NCBI GenBank assembly: GCA_947174955.1
Contig: CAMWKX010000001.1
Location: 1-33,263, forward strand
Direction of reading: 5' to 3'
Length of the DNA stretch: 33,263 bases
From: an uncultured Clostridia bacterium
GTDB taxonomy: Bacteria > Bacillota > Clostridia > Christensenellales > Borkfalkiaceae
Under the pieces are notes generated by a model, which searched no databases, had not been told where the DNA came from, and saw only the letters and a list, made by a program, of their open reading frames with translations. This document shows positions 24,507 to 32,161 of this stretch, piece by piece. The stretch's first letter is position 1. Every line of letters starts with the position of its first letter. Both the position numbers and the translations under genes were made by a program.

Positions 24507-26168
24507 TTAACCTTTGTAACCCCATACTACGGTGTGATAAGTTTTTTCACCAGCATATGAATCTTTAACATCCCACAATCCAAACCTATCATATTGTCGG
24601 CTTTCAGACTCGCAATATATTGTAAGTTTACTGCAATAAAGGAACGCATAGTCCCCGATACTTGTTACGCTGTCTGGTATGATTATGCTTGTAAGTCCAC
24701 TACACCCAAGGAACGCTCTGTGGTTTATACCTTTTATACCGTCAGGTATAATTATGCTTGTAAGTGACCTGCAATAAGAGAACGCACCGTTAAAAATATT
24801 TCCGCCCGTTATTACTACCGATTTTAATGATGTAGGAATATAATATGCTTTATCTAAATCATCACTATCACAGTATTGTTTTGTTTTCGTACTACCGGTA
24901 TAGCTATACTCACCGAATATATAGCCAAAAAGAGTTTCGCGACTGGATACTGTTGCCGATTTACTACCGCCTACGAATGGTATAGTTAAACTTTCTAACC
25001 CACTGCAACCTCTCAATGCGCCCTCGGGAATAATGTCCCCGCCAAGAATGACAATTTCTTTAATTGAGGTGGGAACAGAAAGACCAAATAACCGCATCAA
25101 TGAGTAATCAAGGCGCGGAAGAGTAAGTTTTTGCAACGACGAACAGTTTAGGAAAGCGTATGCTTCAATCGTCTTAACTGAATCCGGAATATTTAATTCT
25201 GTAATTGAAATACAATTTTCGAAAGCTCCATCTCTTATCATAGTTACAGAATCTGAAATCGTTACGTCAGTCAAATTAGAACAATTTATAAATGCTCCTG
25301 GATTTATAATTGTTACTGAATTAGGAATTACTACGCTTATTATAGTACTGCAATTTGCAAAACCGTCGACAACGTATTTGCTGCCATTAGTTTTTCCAGT
25401 GCCTATTGCTATTACAGACTTGTTTTTATATGTTGACGGCACTTTCACAGCAGTTTCTGCGCCTGTATACCCAGCAACCGCATAGCCGTCGCCATACGCT
25501 TCAAAAACAAAGCCGTGTGTATTTTCAGTAACCGTAACTTCACAGGTTGCGGTTATTCCTCTCGGTGAGCTTGCGATTATCGTAGCCGCTCCCTCACTTA
25601 CGCCTGTAATCGTTCCATTTGCAACCGTAGCAACAGCAGGCGCAGTGCTTATCCAGGTAATTTCTTCTGTGGCATTATTGGGAAGAATCGTTTCTATAAG
25701 CGTTTCGCTATCATCAATGTATAAAGAAATCTCGGTTTTATTTAAAAAGATAGAAGTAATTGCAACAACCTTTTCAACAACCGTAACCACACAACTTGCA
25801 CTTTTGCTACCTGCTGTTGCCATTATAGTTGCCGTGCCTGCTTTTAATGCGGTTACTTTGCCGTTTTTCACCTTTGCTACCGTGTCGTCCGAACTTGCCC
25901 AGGTTACCGTTTTATCGGTCGCATTGTTCGGTGTAACGGTTGCGATAAGTGTTTCTATGCCGTCTACTTCAAGTGAAAGTTTAGTTTCATTCAAAGATAC
26001 GCTTTCAACCGCAACCGTAGACGGCTTTTGTGTATCGTCCGGTTTAGGCTGAACCGTACCTTGATATGTATCACCGCTTTCCGACATTGTGTTGCAAGCC
26101 GAAAGCCCGACCACGCAGGCAAATACAGAAACAACCGCCAATAAAAAAACCAATAATTTCTTCTTCAT
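24507..26168 (-). CDS. Surface lipoprotein with two Big_2 Ig-like domains and a BspA-type leucine-rich-repeat domain
   Basis: 553 aa. The signal peptide carries the lipobox GLSAC. Two Big_2 units are present (VTWASSDDTVAKVKNGKVTALKAGTATIMA and ITWISTAPAVATVANGTITGVSEGAATIIA). They are followed by repeated xIPxSVxxIxxxAFxxCxxL units. GGAGGA Shine-Dalgarno, ATG 26168. Confidence 0.8.
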   Translation of the reverse strand: MKKKLLVFLLAVVSVFACVVGLSACNTMSESGDTYQGTVQPKPDDTQKPSTVAVESVSLNETKLSLEVDGIETLIATVTPNNATDKTVTWASSDDTVAKVKNGKVTALKAGTATIMATAGSKSASCVVTVVEKVVAITSIFLNKTEISLYIDDSETLIETILPNNATEEITWISTAPAVATVANGTITGVSEGAATIIASSPRGITATCEVTVTENTHGFVFEAYGDGYAVAGYTGAETAVKVPSTYKNKSVIAIGTGKTNGSKYVVDGFANCSTIISVVIPNSVTIINPGAFINCSNLTDVTISDSVTMIRDGAFENCISITELNIPDSVKTIEAYAFLNCSSLQKLTLPRLDYSLMRLFGLSVPTSIKEIVILGGDIIPEGALRGCSGLESLTIPFVGGSKSATVSSRETLFGYIFGEYSYTGSTKTKQYCDSDDLDKAYYIPTSLKSVVITGGNIFNGAFSYCRSLTSIIIPDGIKGINHRAFLGCSGLTSIIIPDSVTSIGDYAFLYCSKLTIYCESESRQYDRFGLWDVKDSYAGEKTYHTVVWGYKG

Positions 26169-26210
26169 ACGCTCCTCCGAATATTTTCAAATTGCCTTGA
26201 ACATATTCTT

Positions 26211-26239
26211 ATTATAATTCCGTATCGGAATTAAGTCAA
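26211..26239 (-). promoter_or_regulatory. Promoter of the lipoprotein/GIY-YIG operon: TTGACT-17 nt-TATAAT
   Basis: The minus strand reads aTTGACTtaattccgatacggaatTATAAT. The -35 is at 26239-26234 and the -10 at 26216-26211. Confidence 0.6.
26215..26233. promoter_or_regulatory. Operator O1: perfect 19-bp palindrome TAATTCCG-tat-CGGAATTA filling the promoter spacer
   Basis: The 8-bp arms are exact reverse complements. The palindrome occupies positions 26215-26233, which is almost exactly the 17-nt spacer of the minus-strand promoter. Confidence 0.55.
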
Positions 26240-26249
26240 TATAAACGAG

Positions 26250-26273
26250 TGTTATAATTCCGTTACGGCAGTA
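26250..26273 (+). promoter_or_regulatory. XRE gene extended -10 (TGtTATAAT, 26250-26258) overlapped by operator-like O2 (taattccgttacggcagta, 26255-26273)
   Basis: O2 shares TTATAATTCCGT with the O1 region, and 6 of its 8 arm positions are palindromic. The O1 and O2 centres are exactly 40 bp apart. Confidence 0.45.
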
Positions 26274-26280
26274 AAATTGT

Positions 26281-26526
26281 ATGAAGAACAGAGAAAAAGG
26301 TTACGGTAATGTAAATATTGTGGGTGCTAAAATCGAGCGTTTGCGAAAGGAACGCAAAATTTCGCAGAAAGATTTTATTGCCAAACTGCAACTTGAAGGC
26401 TTGGATATTGACCCGACGAGCTACTCTAAATTAGAAGGTCAGATACGCATTGCAACCGACAAAGAAGTTTATACGATTGCAAAAGTGTTGAACGTTTCGA
26501 CAGATTATCTGTTTTCCGACAAATAA
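26281..26526 (+). CDS. Small XRE-family HTH transcriptional regulator
   Basis: 81 aa with the HTH_3 motif ISQKDFIAKLQLEGLDIDPTSYSKLEGQ. It is divergent from the lipoprotein operon. Confidence 0.85.
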   Translation: MKNREKGYGNVNIVGAKIERLRKERKISQKDFIAKLQLEGLDIDPTSYSKLEGQIRIATDKEVYTIAKVLNVSTDYLFSDK

Positions 26527-26576
26527 AATGAACCCCGCCAGAGCGGAACGCTCTGGCGGGGTTCATTTTATTTTTT
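26527..26576. terminator. Strong bidirectional intrinsic terminator (XRE gene / trxA)
   Basis: The 19-bp perfect stem pairs aatgaaccccgccagagcg with cgctctggcggggttcatt around loop gaa. It is followed by ttatttttt on the plus strand and ttttatttgtc in minus-strand sense. Confidence 0.85.
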
Positions 26577-26886
26577 ACAACGCGCCATTTAAAAATTCCT
26601 CGGTTTCCGACTGCGAGGTAAAGCCCACCGACTTGTCCGCAAGCTCGCCGCCCTTGAACACGCCTATCATAGGTATACTCATAACGCCGTAACGCGCCGC
26701 AAGCTCGAAGCAGTCGTCTACGTTCACCTTTATAAATTTGGCGTTCGTAAACTTTTCGCTGCACTTTTCGATGACGGGCGCAAGCATTTTGCAGGGACCG
26801 CACCAGTCGGCGTAAAAGTCGCACACAACGGGCGTTTCACCCTTTATAAGTTCGTCGAATTTCTTAACGTCTACTTTTTCAATCAT
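26575..26886 (-). CDS. trxA: Thioredoxin
   Basis: 103 aa with the WCGPCK active site. Confidence 0.9.
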   Translation of the reverse strand: MIEKVDVKKFDELIKGETPVVCDFYADWCGPCKMLAPVIEKCSEKFTNAKFIKVNVDDCFELAARYGVMSIPMIGVFKGGELADKSVGFTSQSETEEFLNGAL

Positions 26887-26890
26887 AATT

Positions 26891-28141
26891 TCACCCCTGA
26901 TTATTATTTGTCAAAAACGAGTAAATATCCGCAAACGCAACTTCGGAAACACTTCCGTCCGACATTTTCTTTAAATTGCATTTGCCGCTCTCCATTTCGG
27001 TGCCGCCGATAACCGCAGTGTACTTTGCGCATATTTTGTCGGCATACTTGAACTGCGCCTTTACCGAGCGCCCCATTAAATCACACTCCGCAGCAATCCC
27101 TTTAACGCGCAAGCCGTTGACAATTTCGAACGCTTTTTTGCGAGTCGCCTCGTCCATACCCGCGATATATATGTCGGGCACGGGCGCTTCGGGCGCGTTC
27201 ACGCCCGCCAGCAACAGTCTTTCGATTCCCGCGCCGAAGCCGACCGCGGGCACTTCGCCGCCGCCCAGCTGAGCGATAAGTCCGTCGTATCTGCCGCCGC
27301 CGCACAGCGTTCCCTGAGTGCCTACGCCCTCGTACACAAACTCGAAAACGGTGCGCGAATAATAGTCTAAACCCCTTACTATGCGCGAATTAACGGTATA
27401 TTCCAAGTTTAAAGCGGTCAAAAGTTCCTTTACTTTTTCAAAGTGCGCTTTGCAGTCGGGGCAGAGATAATACAGAATTTGCGGCGCGTCCGCCGTGTAC
27501 TTTTTGCAGCCCTCTTCCTTGCAGTCGAGCATACGCAAAGGGTTTTTATCGAACCTGTCACGACACGTTCCGCACATATTTTCAAGGTGCTGGCGGAAAT
27601 ACTCTTTGAGCGCTTTGTTGTACTCGGCGCGGCAGGTCTTGCAGCCTATCGAATTGATTTCAAGCCGCGCGCCCTTTATGCCCAACTTGTCCAGAAAGGT
27701 GTGCGCCGCAAAGATAACTTCCGCGTCCGCCTCGGGCTGAGAGCTTCCGAACATTTCTATACCGAACTGATGGAATTCGCGCAAGCGCCCCTTCTGAGGG
27801 CGCTCGTAACGGTAGCAGGGAGTAACGTAATAGGACTTTAACGGCAGAGCGGAATTTTGCAAGCCGTTTTCGATAAACGACCGCGCAACGCCCGCAGTTC
27901 CCTCGGGCTTCAAAGTTATGGATCTTCCGCCCTTGTCCTCGAAAGTGTACATTTCCTTATTGACGACGTCGGTCGTTTCGCCCACGCCGCGAAGGAACAC
28001 CTCGGTGTGCTCGAACACGGGCGTGCGTATTTCCTTTAAGCCGAAACAGCGCGCCGTTTCACGCGCCGTGTCCTCGACAAACTGCCATATATAACTTTGG
28101 TCGGGCAAAACGTCCTTTGTGCCCTTGGGAATGTTAATCAT
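26891..28141 (-). CDS. hisS: Histidine--tRNA ligase
   Basis: 416 aa, class II aaRS. The N-terminus is IPKGTKDVLP and GGGRYDGL is the motif 3 region. There is only an 11-nt gap after hslU. Confidence 0.95.
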   Translation of the reverse strand: MINIPKGTKDVLPDQSYIWQFVEDTARETARCFGLKEIRTPVFEHTEVFLRGVGETTDVVNKEMYTFEDKGGRSITLKPEGTAGVARSFIENGLQNSALPLKSYYVTPCYRYERPQKGRLREFHQFGIEMFGSSQPEADAEVIFAAHTFLDKLGIKGARLEINSIGCKTCRAEYNKALKEYFRQHLENMCGTCRDRFDKNPLRMLDCKEEGCKKYTADAPQILYYLCPDCKAHFEKVKELLTALNLEYTVNSRIVRGLDYYSRTVFEFVYEGVGTQGTLCGGGRYDGLIAQLGGGEVPAVGFGAGIERLLLAGVNAPEAPVPDIYIAGMDEATRKKAFEIVNGLRVKGIAAECDLMGRSVKAQFKYADKICAKYTAVIGGTEMESGKCNLKKMSDGSVSEVAFADIYSFLTNNNQG

Positions 28142-28152
28142 CTTTTTACCTT

Positions 28153-29463
28153 TTATAAAACGTATTTCTTTAAATCGCGGTTCTTAGATAAACTCGACAA
28201 ATGCTCCTCGACGTACTTAGCGTTGACTTCCACCGTAACTACGGGGTAGTCGTTGCCGCCCGCGTTGAAGGAAATGTCCTCCAAAAGATATTCCATAACC
28301 GTGTGCAGACGGCGCGCACCGATGTCCTCGCTCGTCGCGTTGATGTCCTCGGAAATTTCCGCTATCTTTTCGATAGCGTCGCTCTTGAACTGCAAGTCGA
28401 TGTTATCCACAGCCAAAAGCGCGGCGTACTGCATAGTAATCGCGTTCTGCGGCTGGGTCAGAATGTTGATGAAGTCCTGCTTTGTCAGACTTTTCAGCTC
28501 GACCTGAATGGGGAACCTGCCCTGCAATTCGGGGATTAAATCCTCCACCTTGGAAACGTGGAACGCGCCCGCCGCAATGAATAAAATATAGTCGGTCTTG
28601 ATGGGTCCGTACTTGGTCATAACCGTGCAACCCTCGACGATGGGCAGTATGTCGCGCTGAACGCCCTCGCGGGAAACGTCCGCGCCGTGGTTGCCCTTAC
28701 CCGCAATCTTGTCAATCTCGTCGATAAAGATTATGCCGTCGTTTTCGGCGCGGCGGATAGCTTCGGTATTGACCGCGTCGTTGTCGATGAGCTTGTCCGC
28801 CTCCTCGGCAATAAGCAGGTTTTTAGCCTCCTTGACCGAGAGCTTGCGCTTCTTTTTCTTGTCCATCCCCAGCCCGCTGAAAATAGAGCCTAAGTCGATT
28901 GCCGCACCCTGACCAGGGGAAAGCTCCAACGGCTTGGGGTTGTCGGCAACCTCGATTTCTATCATAGTGTTGTCGTATTTACCCGCGTGTATGCCATCGA
29001 CTAAGTTCTGCTCGAACAATTCCTTCGACGTTTCGCCGCGCTCGGACTTCATATTCTCGGCAAGCACCTTAGCGATTTTGCGCTCGGCAATGGCGGTCGC
29101 CTTGTAGCTGACCTCCTGCGTCTTCTCCTCTTTGACGAGGCGGATAGCGCACTCCGCGAGGTCGCGAACCATACTCTCGACGTCCCTGCCCACGTAGCCG
29201 ACCTCGGTGTACTTGGTCGCCTCGACCTTTAAAAAGGGCGCTTTGACAAGCTTTGCAAGTCTGCGCGCGATTTCGGTTTTGCCAACGCCGGTAGGTCCCT
29301 TCATAATAATGTTTTTGGGAGTGACCTCGTCCTGCAATTCGGGGGAGAGCTGAGAGCGGCGGTAACGGTTACGCAGCGCTATCGCCACAGCCTTTTTGGC
29401 CTCGTCCTGACCTATGATATATTTATTTAACTCGTGTACGATTTGTTTGGGTGTCAAATCCAT
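28153..29463 (-). CDS. hslU: ATP-dependent protease ATPase subunit HslU
   Basis: MDLTPKQIVHELNKYIIGQ, with Walker A GPTGVGKTEIARRLA. I prefer ATG 29463, preceded by AAAGAGGTGA, over the tracked GTG at 29472. Confidence 0.95.
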   Translation of the reverse strand: MDLTPKQIVHELNKYIIGQDEAKKAVAIALRNRYRRSQLSPELQDEVTPKNIIMKGPTGVGKTEIARRLAKLVKAPFLKVEATKYTEVGYVGRDVESMVRDLAECAIRLVKEEKTQEVSYKATAIAERKIAKVLAENMKSERGETSKELFEQNLVDGIHAGKYDNTMIEIEVADNPKPLELSPGQGAAIDLGSIFSGLGMDKKKKRKLSVKEAKNLLIAEEADKLIDNDAVNTEAIRRAENDGIIFIDEIDKIAGKGNHGADVSREGVQRDILPIVEGCTVMTKYGPIKTDYILFIAAGAFHVSKVEDLIPELQGRFPIQVELKSLTKQDFINILTQPQNAITMQYAALLAVDNIDLQFKSDAIEKIAEISEDINATSEDIGARRLHTVMEYLLEDISFNAGGNDYPVVTVEVNAKYVEEHLSSLSKNRDLKKYVL

Positions 29464-29468
29464 TTCGT

Positions 29469-30272
29469 TCACCTCTTTAATTTATTTTTTACGTACTCAT
29501 CAATCAATTTGGTATATTGTTCGTCAGTACATTCTTTTATTTTACTCGCAAACTCCGAAAAACTATCGGCAAGCGCCCATACGATGTCCAACTCGTCGTC
29601 AAGATATTTCACCGACGGTTCGCCGCCCTTGCCGTAGTCTAACAGAACGTGGCAATGCCCGCTTTCGTCGTCGGCAAAAAACAGAATATCACGGAATTGC
29701 ATATAATAGTCGGCGCTGTACAAAATGTTATTATTTATTTCGATAAGCTCGTTCTGCGGATAAACTTCCGATATTTGGTAGTATTCGCCGCCTTTCTCCA
29801 CGTAGCGCGTAACTGGCTCGGGTTCCGCCTTTTCGAGAGTTTCCTCTCCGCCTTGTTCAGTGTACTTTTTAAGAAATTCGATAAAGCCCTGCGGATAAAC
29901 TATATTTTCCAAAAACTTTTCGGTGTACTCTTCAAACTCCCGAACGCCCTCTTCATCGTCGTCTTCGACAGGTTTTCTTGTAACGTCTTCTTCGGGGTTC
30001 TGCTTCAAGCCCGCCGCAATCAGCCGCTTGTCCTTACCTTTGTCAACCGCAACCTTTACCGCCAAGCTTACCGTCATACTTAAAAAGAGCAGACAGCCGA
30101 CCGACCCGCACAGAAACAGCACAAGCTTTATAAATTTCGAAACCGTCCCCGCAGTATCGTTGGCTATTAACAATACCGAACCTGCGGCTATTGCCGCAAA
30201 GACCGCAAGCAGTACCGCAGAGATGATAAGTTTTGTTTTATCGTTTAAATCCTTCAATTTAAATCGTTTCAA
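29469..30272 (-). CDS. Membrane-anchored (2 TM) protein with a C-terminal SMI1/KNR4 (SUKH)-like domain, inserted between hslV and hslU
   Basis: 267-aa ORF with hydrophobic helices [23 protein letters not shown] and [26 protein letters not shown], then an acidic linker. The C-terminal pattern FIEFLKKY...[32 protein letters not shown]...[13 protein letters not shown] resembles SUKH-1 as I remember it. Only TTG starts are available (30272 or 30257), so the start is uncertain. The TGA stop lies inside the hslU Shine-Dalgarno. Confidence 0.6.
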   Translation of the reverse strand: MKRFKLKDLNDKTKLIISAVLLAVFAAIAAGSVLLIANDTAGTVSKFIKLVLFLCGSVGCLLFLSMTVSLAVKVAVDKGKDKRLIAAGLKQNPEEDVTRKPVEDDDEEGVREFEEYTEKFLENIVYPQGFIEFLKKYTEQGGEETLEKAEPEPVTRYVEKGGEYYQISEVYPQNELIEINNNILYSADYYMQFRDILFFADDESGHCHVLLDYGKGGEPSVKYLDDELDIVWALADSFSEFASKIKECTDEQYTKLIDEYVKNKLKR

Positions 30273-30795
30273 CCTTTATATTATCGTTGGTATAAACGCA
30301 GATTTCGCTTGCGATTTTAAGCGACTTTTGCGCAATCTCTTCCGCGGTGAAATCGGTGTTCTGCACCAAAGCGCGCGCCGCCGCCAAAGCGTAGTTGCCG
30401 CCGCTGCCGATTGCCGCAATGCCGTCGTCGGGCTCAATGACCTCGCCCGTGCCCGAAACGATGAGCATCGTTTCGCTGTCGGCTACAATCATTAAAGCTT
30501 CCAGCTTTCTGCCCATCTTGTCGCCGCGCCAAAGCTCGGCAAGCTCTACCGCCGAACGCATAAGATTGCCCGAGAATTTGTTGAGCATACCCTCAAACTT
30601 TTCGCTTAAAGAGAACGCGTCCGAAACCGAACCCGCAAAGCCTAAAATTACTTTGCCGCCGTAAATTCTGCGCACCTTGGTGGCGCTGTTTTTAAATATT
30701 ACGCTCTCGCCCATAGTGACCTGTCCGTCGCCCGCGATAGCCGTCTTTCCGTTTAATTTAACTCCGCAAATGGTCGTTGCGTGAAATTCTGTCAT
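30259..30795 (-). CDS. hslV: ATP-dependent protease peptidase subunit HslV (ClpQ/CodW type)
   Basis: The start is placed at ATG 30795 ([27 protein letters not shown]) after GAGGTG, matching the B. subtilis ClpQ N-terminus SSFHATTI. The longer tracked ORF (to 30864) overlaps trmFO and is rejected. Confidence 0.9.
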   Translation of the reverse strand: MTEFHATTICGVKLNGKTAIAGDGQVTMGESVIFKNSATKVRRIYGGKVILGFAGSVSDAFSLSEKFEGMLNKFSGNLMRSAVELAELWRGDKMGRKLEALMIVADSETMLIVSGTGEVIEPDDGIAAIGSGGNYALAAARALVQNTDFTAEEIAQKSLKIASEICVYTNDNIKVETI

Positions 30796-30822
30796 AATTT
30801 TACACCTCGATATATACATAAA

Positions 30823-30852
30823 CTCTTTGCGCCTATCGTTAAACGCAAAGAG
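30823..30852 (-). other. 9-bp hairpin in the trmFO-hslV gap (possible attenuating terminator)
   Basis: ctctttgcg (30823-30831) pairs with cgcaaagag (30844-30852) around a 12-nt loop. In minus-strand sense it is followed by TTTATGTATATAT. Confidence 0.3.
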
Positions 30853-30856
30853 CAAA

Positions 30857-32161
30857 TTACTCACGTGTTTTTATTGTGAAATTTTTGATGTTTTCCAAAG
30901 CGCGTTCGGCTAATGCGGCGTACCTTTGCTTTTTGTCGCGCACCGTTTTTTCAAGCGGTTTTAGTATGCCGAAATTGGCGTTCATAGGCTGAAAATTATC
31001 GGTTACCCCCGATATATGTGCCGACAAAGCCCCCGAAACGGTTGTATTGTCGGGAATTATCACGGGCTTTCCTTCAAGCTTTCGCGCCATATGCACAGCC
31101 GCCAAAAGCCCGCTTGCCGCGCTCTCCACGTACCCTTCGACGCCCGTCATCTGCCCTGCAAAAAACAAAAGAGGACTGCCCTTGACCGAAAAATCTGCAT
31201 TCAAAATTTGCGGAGAATTTAAGTAAGTATTGCGGTGCATAACTCCGTAACGCAGAAACTCGGCATTAGCAAGCGCGGGTATCAGCGAGAAAACACGCTT
31301 CTGTTCGGGAAACTTCAAGTTGGTCTGACAGCCGACTAAATTGTAAGCCGTGCCGTCCGCCGTCTCCTTACGAAGTTGCAACACCGCGTAGAACTTGTTG
31401 CCGTCCTTATCACGCAAGCCCACGGGCTTGAACGGACCGAACCTCAGCGTTTCGCCGCCGCGTGCCGCCATAACCTCGACGGGCATACACCCCTCGAAAA
31501 TCTCGCGCTTATCGAACTCGTGCAACACCGCCTTTTCGGCGTTTACAAGCTCGTAGACAAACCGCTCGTACTGCTCCTTATTCAATGGGCAGTTTAAATA
31601 ATCGTCGCCGCCCTTGCCGTATCTGTCGCCGAAAAAGGCGCAGGACATATCCACGCTCTCGCGCGAAACGATTGGAGCCGACGCGTCGTAAAAGTGCAGA
31701 GCTCCGCCGAATTTTTGCCTTATATCCGCAGCTAAACCGTCGCAGGTCAAAGGACCGGTCGCCACTATACACGGCTCTTCGGAAATTTCTTTAACCTCTT
31801 CGCACATTATTTCTATATTGGGGTGAGAGCGCAGTTTATCTGTGATATACGCCGCAAACTTATCCCTGTCCACGGCAAGCGCGCCGCCGGCGGGTATTTC
31901 GGCACAAGCCGCCGCTTCCATCGTCAGCGAGCCTATAATGCGCATTTCCTCTTTTAAAAGTCCGCACGCGTTGGAGTACGCGTCCCTGCCCTTTAACGAG
32001 TTGGAACAGACCAGTTCGCCGAAGTCGGTGCTTTTATGCGCGGGCGTGAACGCGTGCGGTTTGATGTCGTAAAGTTCGACCTTATACCCGCGCTCCGCAA
32101 GATAGAACGCCGCCTCTGCCCCCGCAAGTCCCGCGCCGATAACTTTAACTTTTACCTTCAT
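30857..32161 (-). CDS. trmFO: Methylenetetrahydrofolate--tRNA-(uracil54-C5)-methyltransferase TrmFO (Gid)
   Basis: 434 aa with the FAD motif [19 protein letters not shown]. It sits in the conserved topA-trmFO-hslVU context, and ATGA overlaps the topA stop. Confidence 0.95.
   Translation of the reverse strand: MKVKVKVIGAGLAGAEAAFYLAERGYKVELYDIKPHAFTPAHKSTDFGELVCSNSLKGRDAYSNACGLLKEEMRIIGSLTMEAAACAEIPAGGALAVDRDKFAAYITDKLRSHPNIEIMCEEVKEISEEPCIVATGPLTCDGLAADIRQKFGGALHFYDASAPIVSRESVDMSCAFFGDRYGKGGDDYLNCPLNKEQYERFVYELVNAEKAVLHEFDKREIFEGCMPVEVMAARGGETLRFGPFKPVGLRDKDGNKFYAVLQLRKETADGTAYNLVGCQTNLKFPEQKRVFSLIPALANAEFLRYGVMHRNTYLNSPQILNADFSVKGSPLLFFAGQMTGVEGYVESAASGLLAAVHMARKLEGKPVIIPDNTTVSGALSAHISGVTDNFQPMNANFGILKPLEKTVRDKKQRYAALAERALENIKNFTIKTRE

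Noticed and set aside
24676-24765. Near-identical 21-nt DNA repeats (ggtatgattatgcttgtaagt / ggtataattatgcttgtaagt) 69 nt apart, considered as a possible CRISPR-like or tandem non-coding repeat.
   Set aside because: They lie in frame inside the LRR lipoprotein gene and encode consecutive LRR units (LTSIIIPD...). This is ordinary intragenic repeat structure, though it could allow repeat-number variation.
23957-26576. Searched the island borders for direct repeats, att-like sites, a tRNA target, or integrase/transposase genes.
   Set aside because: None were found by eye. The borders are the tsaE promoter hairpin and the trxA terminator, so the insertion mechanism cannot be inferred from this window.
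28142-28152. Looked for a T-box leader or other riboswitch upstream of hisS.
   Set aside because: Only 11 nt separate hslU and hisS. There is no room for a leader, so hisS must be co-transcribed.
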